From Heteronotia binoei (taxonomy: Eukaryota): a stretch of DNA of 64,000 nt. A program made the translations under genes and the position numbers. This document shows positions 63,306-64,000 of the stretch, piece by piece. The notes under the pieces were generated by a model. That model did not search any database. It saw only the letters and a program-made list of their open reading frames with translations, and was not told where the DNA came from. Numbering within the stretch: the first letter of the stretch is position 1; each line of letters starts with the position of its first letter. The DNA lies in contig NC_083240.1 of NCBI RefSeq assembly GCF_032191835.1, forward strand, positions 27,776,001 through 27,840,000, read 5' to 3'.

Positions 63306-64000
63306 CACTGGGCAGTCTCCAGATGTTCCATGTCATGCACATTCAGCACCTGAGCATGGCAAGGTTTAAACCTAAGACCTTCTGCTTGCAAAGCATACTG
63401 TCCACCACTTGAGCCATGGCATCTGCTGAAAATGTATTGCAGGCATCCTTATTTTTGTCCGTAAAATGAACATTTGCACACTAAAGCACACCCGGGAGAG
63501 GAAGAAATGCGCTCTCTTAGCAGCACGCGTCAGAAAGGTGCATTTCCTGAGACTTCTGCAACCCTGCAGCTGGGCCAACTGCCTTCCCAGGGCTTGAATG
63601 CAACCCTCAAGTCTGCGGTGGAATTCCTAGGCTGCTTTGCAAGTCATACTAAATTGGGTCTGCAACGCAAGCGAGCCCTCTGCCTTCACTGCAGCGCTAG
63701 AGCTGGAGACTGCCAAGGAACGTTTTTTCCCCTGCCTGAGGCAGCCCTGGAACTCTCACCGATCTTCTCAGCAGGCTGAGCCATAAGCCAAGTGGGAGAG
63801 AGATGGTTCTTGCAAGGGCCTTCGTCATTGTGAATCTTTCCTCATCTCTATAAAGGGCCTATTGATTGCCTGGATGCTTTGACTGTAGAGAGAGGCGGTG
63901 GCTCAGTGCCTTGCTTTGAGAGGCGCCAGGTTCGGTTCCTGGCATTCCAGTGAAAGGATGACAGGAATGAGAAAGAACCCCTCCCTACCTGAGTCCCACT

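Overview
This is vertebrate (squamate reptile) genomic DNA. A gecko is most likely, judging from the Sauria SINE and the Squam3-like SINEs with a long body insertion; the species cannot be determined. The only protein-coding gene I can support is YWHAG (14-3-3 gamma) on the minus strand: exon 1 CDS 55500-55414, a 35,820-bp GT-AG intron, exon 2 CDS 19593-18937 (247 aa), an approximately 2.8-kb 3'UTR ending after AATAAA at 16180-16175, and a CpG-island promoter at about 55.3-56.1 kb. The rest is mostly transposable elements: CR1, L1, L2, RTE/BovB-like and Penelope fragments, tRNA- and 5S-derived SINEs, and many hAT MITEs with 8-bp TSDs. Two DIRS (tyrosine-recombinase) retrotransposons lie in the intron. 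One is internally deleted but keeps intact ITR/ICR termini; the other is the base of a nested stack (DIRS > L1 > CR1 > Tc2-like MITE). The most notable observations are a conserved GTAAGT splice-donor sequence at the DIRS 3' termini and circle junctions, a minimal hammerhead ribozyme core in a Penelope terminal repeat, a TIR-bounded element carrying a 35-bp hairpin cargo, and several unexplained inverted repeats. I found no CRISPR or other prokaryotic system. A 165-N assembly gap lies at 41726-41890. Most TE boundaries are approximate unless a TSD is quoted.
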